Assembly (NCBI RefSeq): GCF_036321535.1
Contig: NC_087472.1
Location: 92,878,001-92,942,000 of the forward strand
Length of the DNA stretch: 64,000 bases
Direction: 5' to 3'
DNA from: Camelus dromedarius
Taxonomy: Eukaryota
The notes under the pieces are model-generated. The model was not told where the DNA came from. It did not search any database and saw only the letters and a program-made list of their open reading frames with translations. Of this stretch, positions 63,708 to 64,000 are shown one piece after another (position 1 is the first letter of the stretch; each line of letters begins with the position of its first letter). A program made the translations under genes and the position numbers.

Positions 63708-63904
63708 AAGGGAGTCAGCAAACTTTTTCTTACGAGGATAGATTTTAGGTTCTACAAGCCATGTTGCTCAACTCTGCAATGACTCTAGCTGCAGCATGAA
63801 AGCAGCCACAGATAGTATGAATGGGCATGGCTGTGTTTCAGTAAAACTTTATTTACAGGAACAGGATGTGGGCTAGATTTGGGCCATAGGCTGTTTGCTG
63901 ACCA
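63708..63904 (+). mobile_element. MER58A-like MITE
   Basis: ggagtcagcaaactttttc...ggcatggctgtgtttcagtaaaactttatttaca...tttgctgacc. Confidence 0.85.
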
Positions 63905-64000
63905 TTACATTATCTCTGTTTCACTTTTCTGGCCCTTACAACATTCTCTCTTATGTTCTACAGTTAATCTGCTTCACTTTCTCATTTCTATTATGAGAAG

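Noticed and set aside
63905..63990. Possible further minus-strand exon at the window edge
   Set aside because: The frames examined contain multiple stops and there is too little context to support it.

Overview
This is AT-rich, repeat-dense mammalian DNA, most likely from a camelid: it carries two tRNA-derived vic-1-like SINEs and a matching young L1 3' end. I recognise no intact protein-coding gene, and most of the ORF track is L1 ORF2 fragments or noise. The main result comes from hand translation between the repeats. About 25-30 exon-shaped segments have AG/GT boundaries, mutually compatible intron phases and protein-like translations broken by scattered stops, frameshifts, decayed splice sites and transposon insertions. 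They form three groups. (A) A large fossil gene on the minus strand enters from beyond the right edge, with exon clusters at 49-62 kb and 26.6-31.7 kb and a possible large terminal exon near 23-24 kb. (B) A plus-strand block of fossil exons at 38-48 kb includes an inverted paralogue of a minus-strand exon. (C) A second damaged minus-strand gene starts at a CpG-rich, probably bidirectional promoter near 18.8 kb and runs off the left edge. I could not assign a gene name; a weak RGS-domain-like resemblance is offered only as a hypothesis. The window also holds an ERV1 remnant hit twice by L1 at the same target site, and a 10-bp-phased GCGTG array in the promoter. Translations and repeat family names come from visual reading, not database searches.
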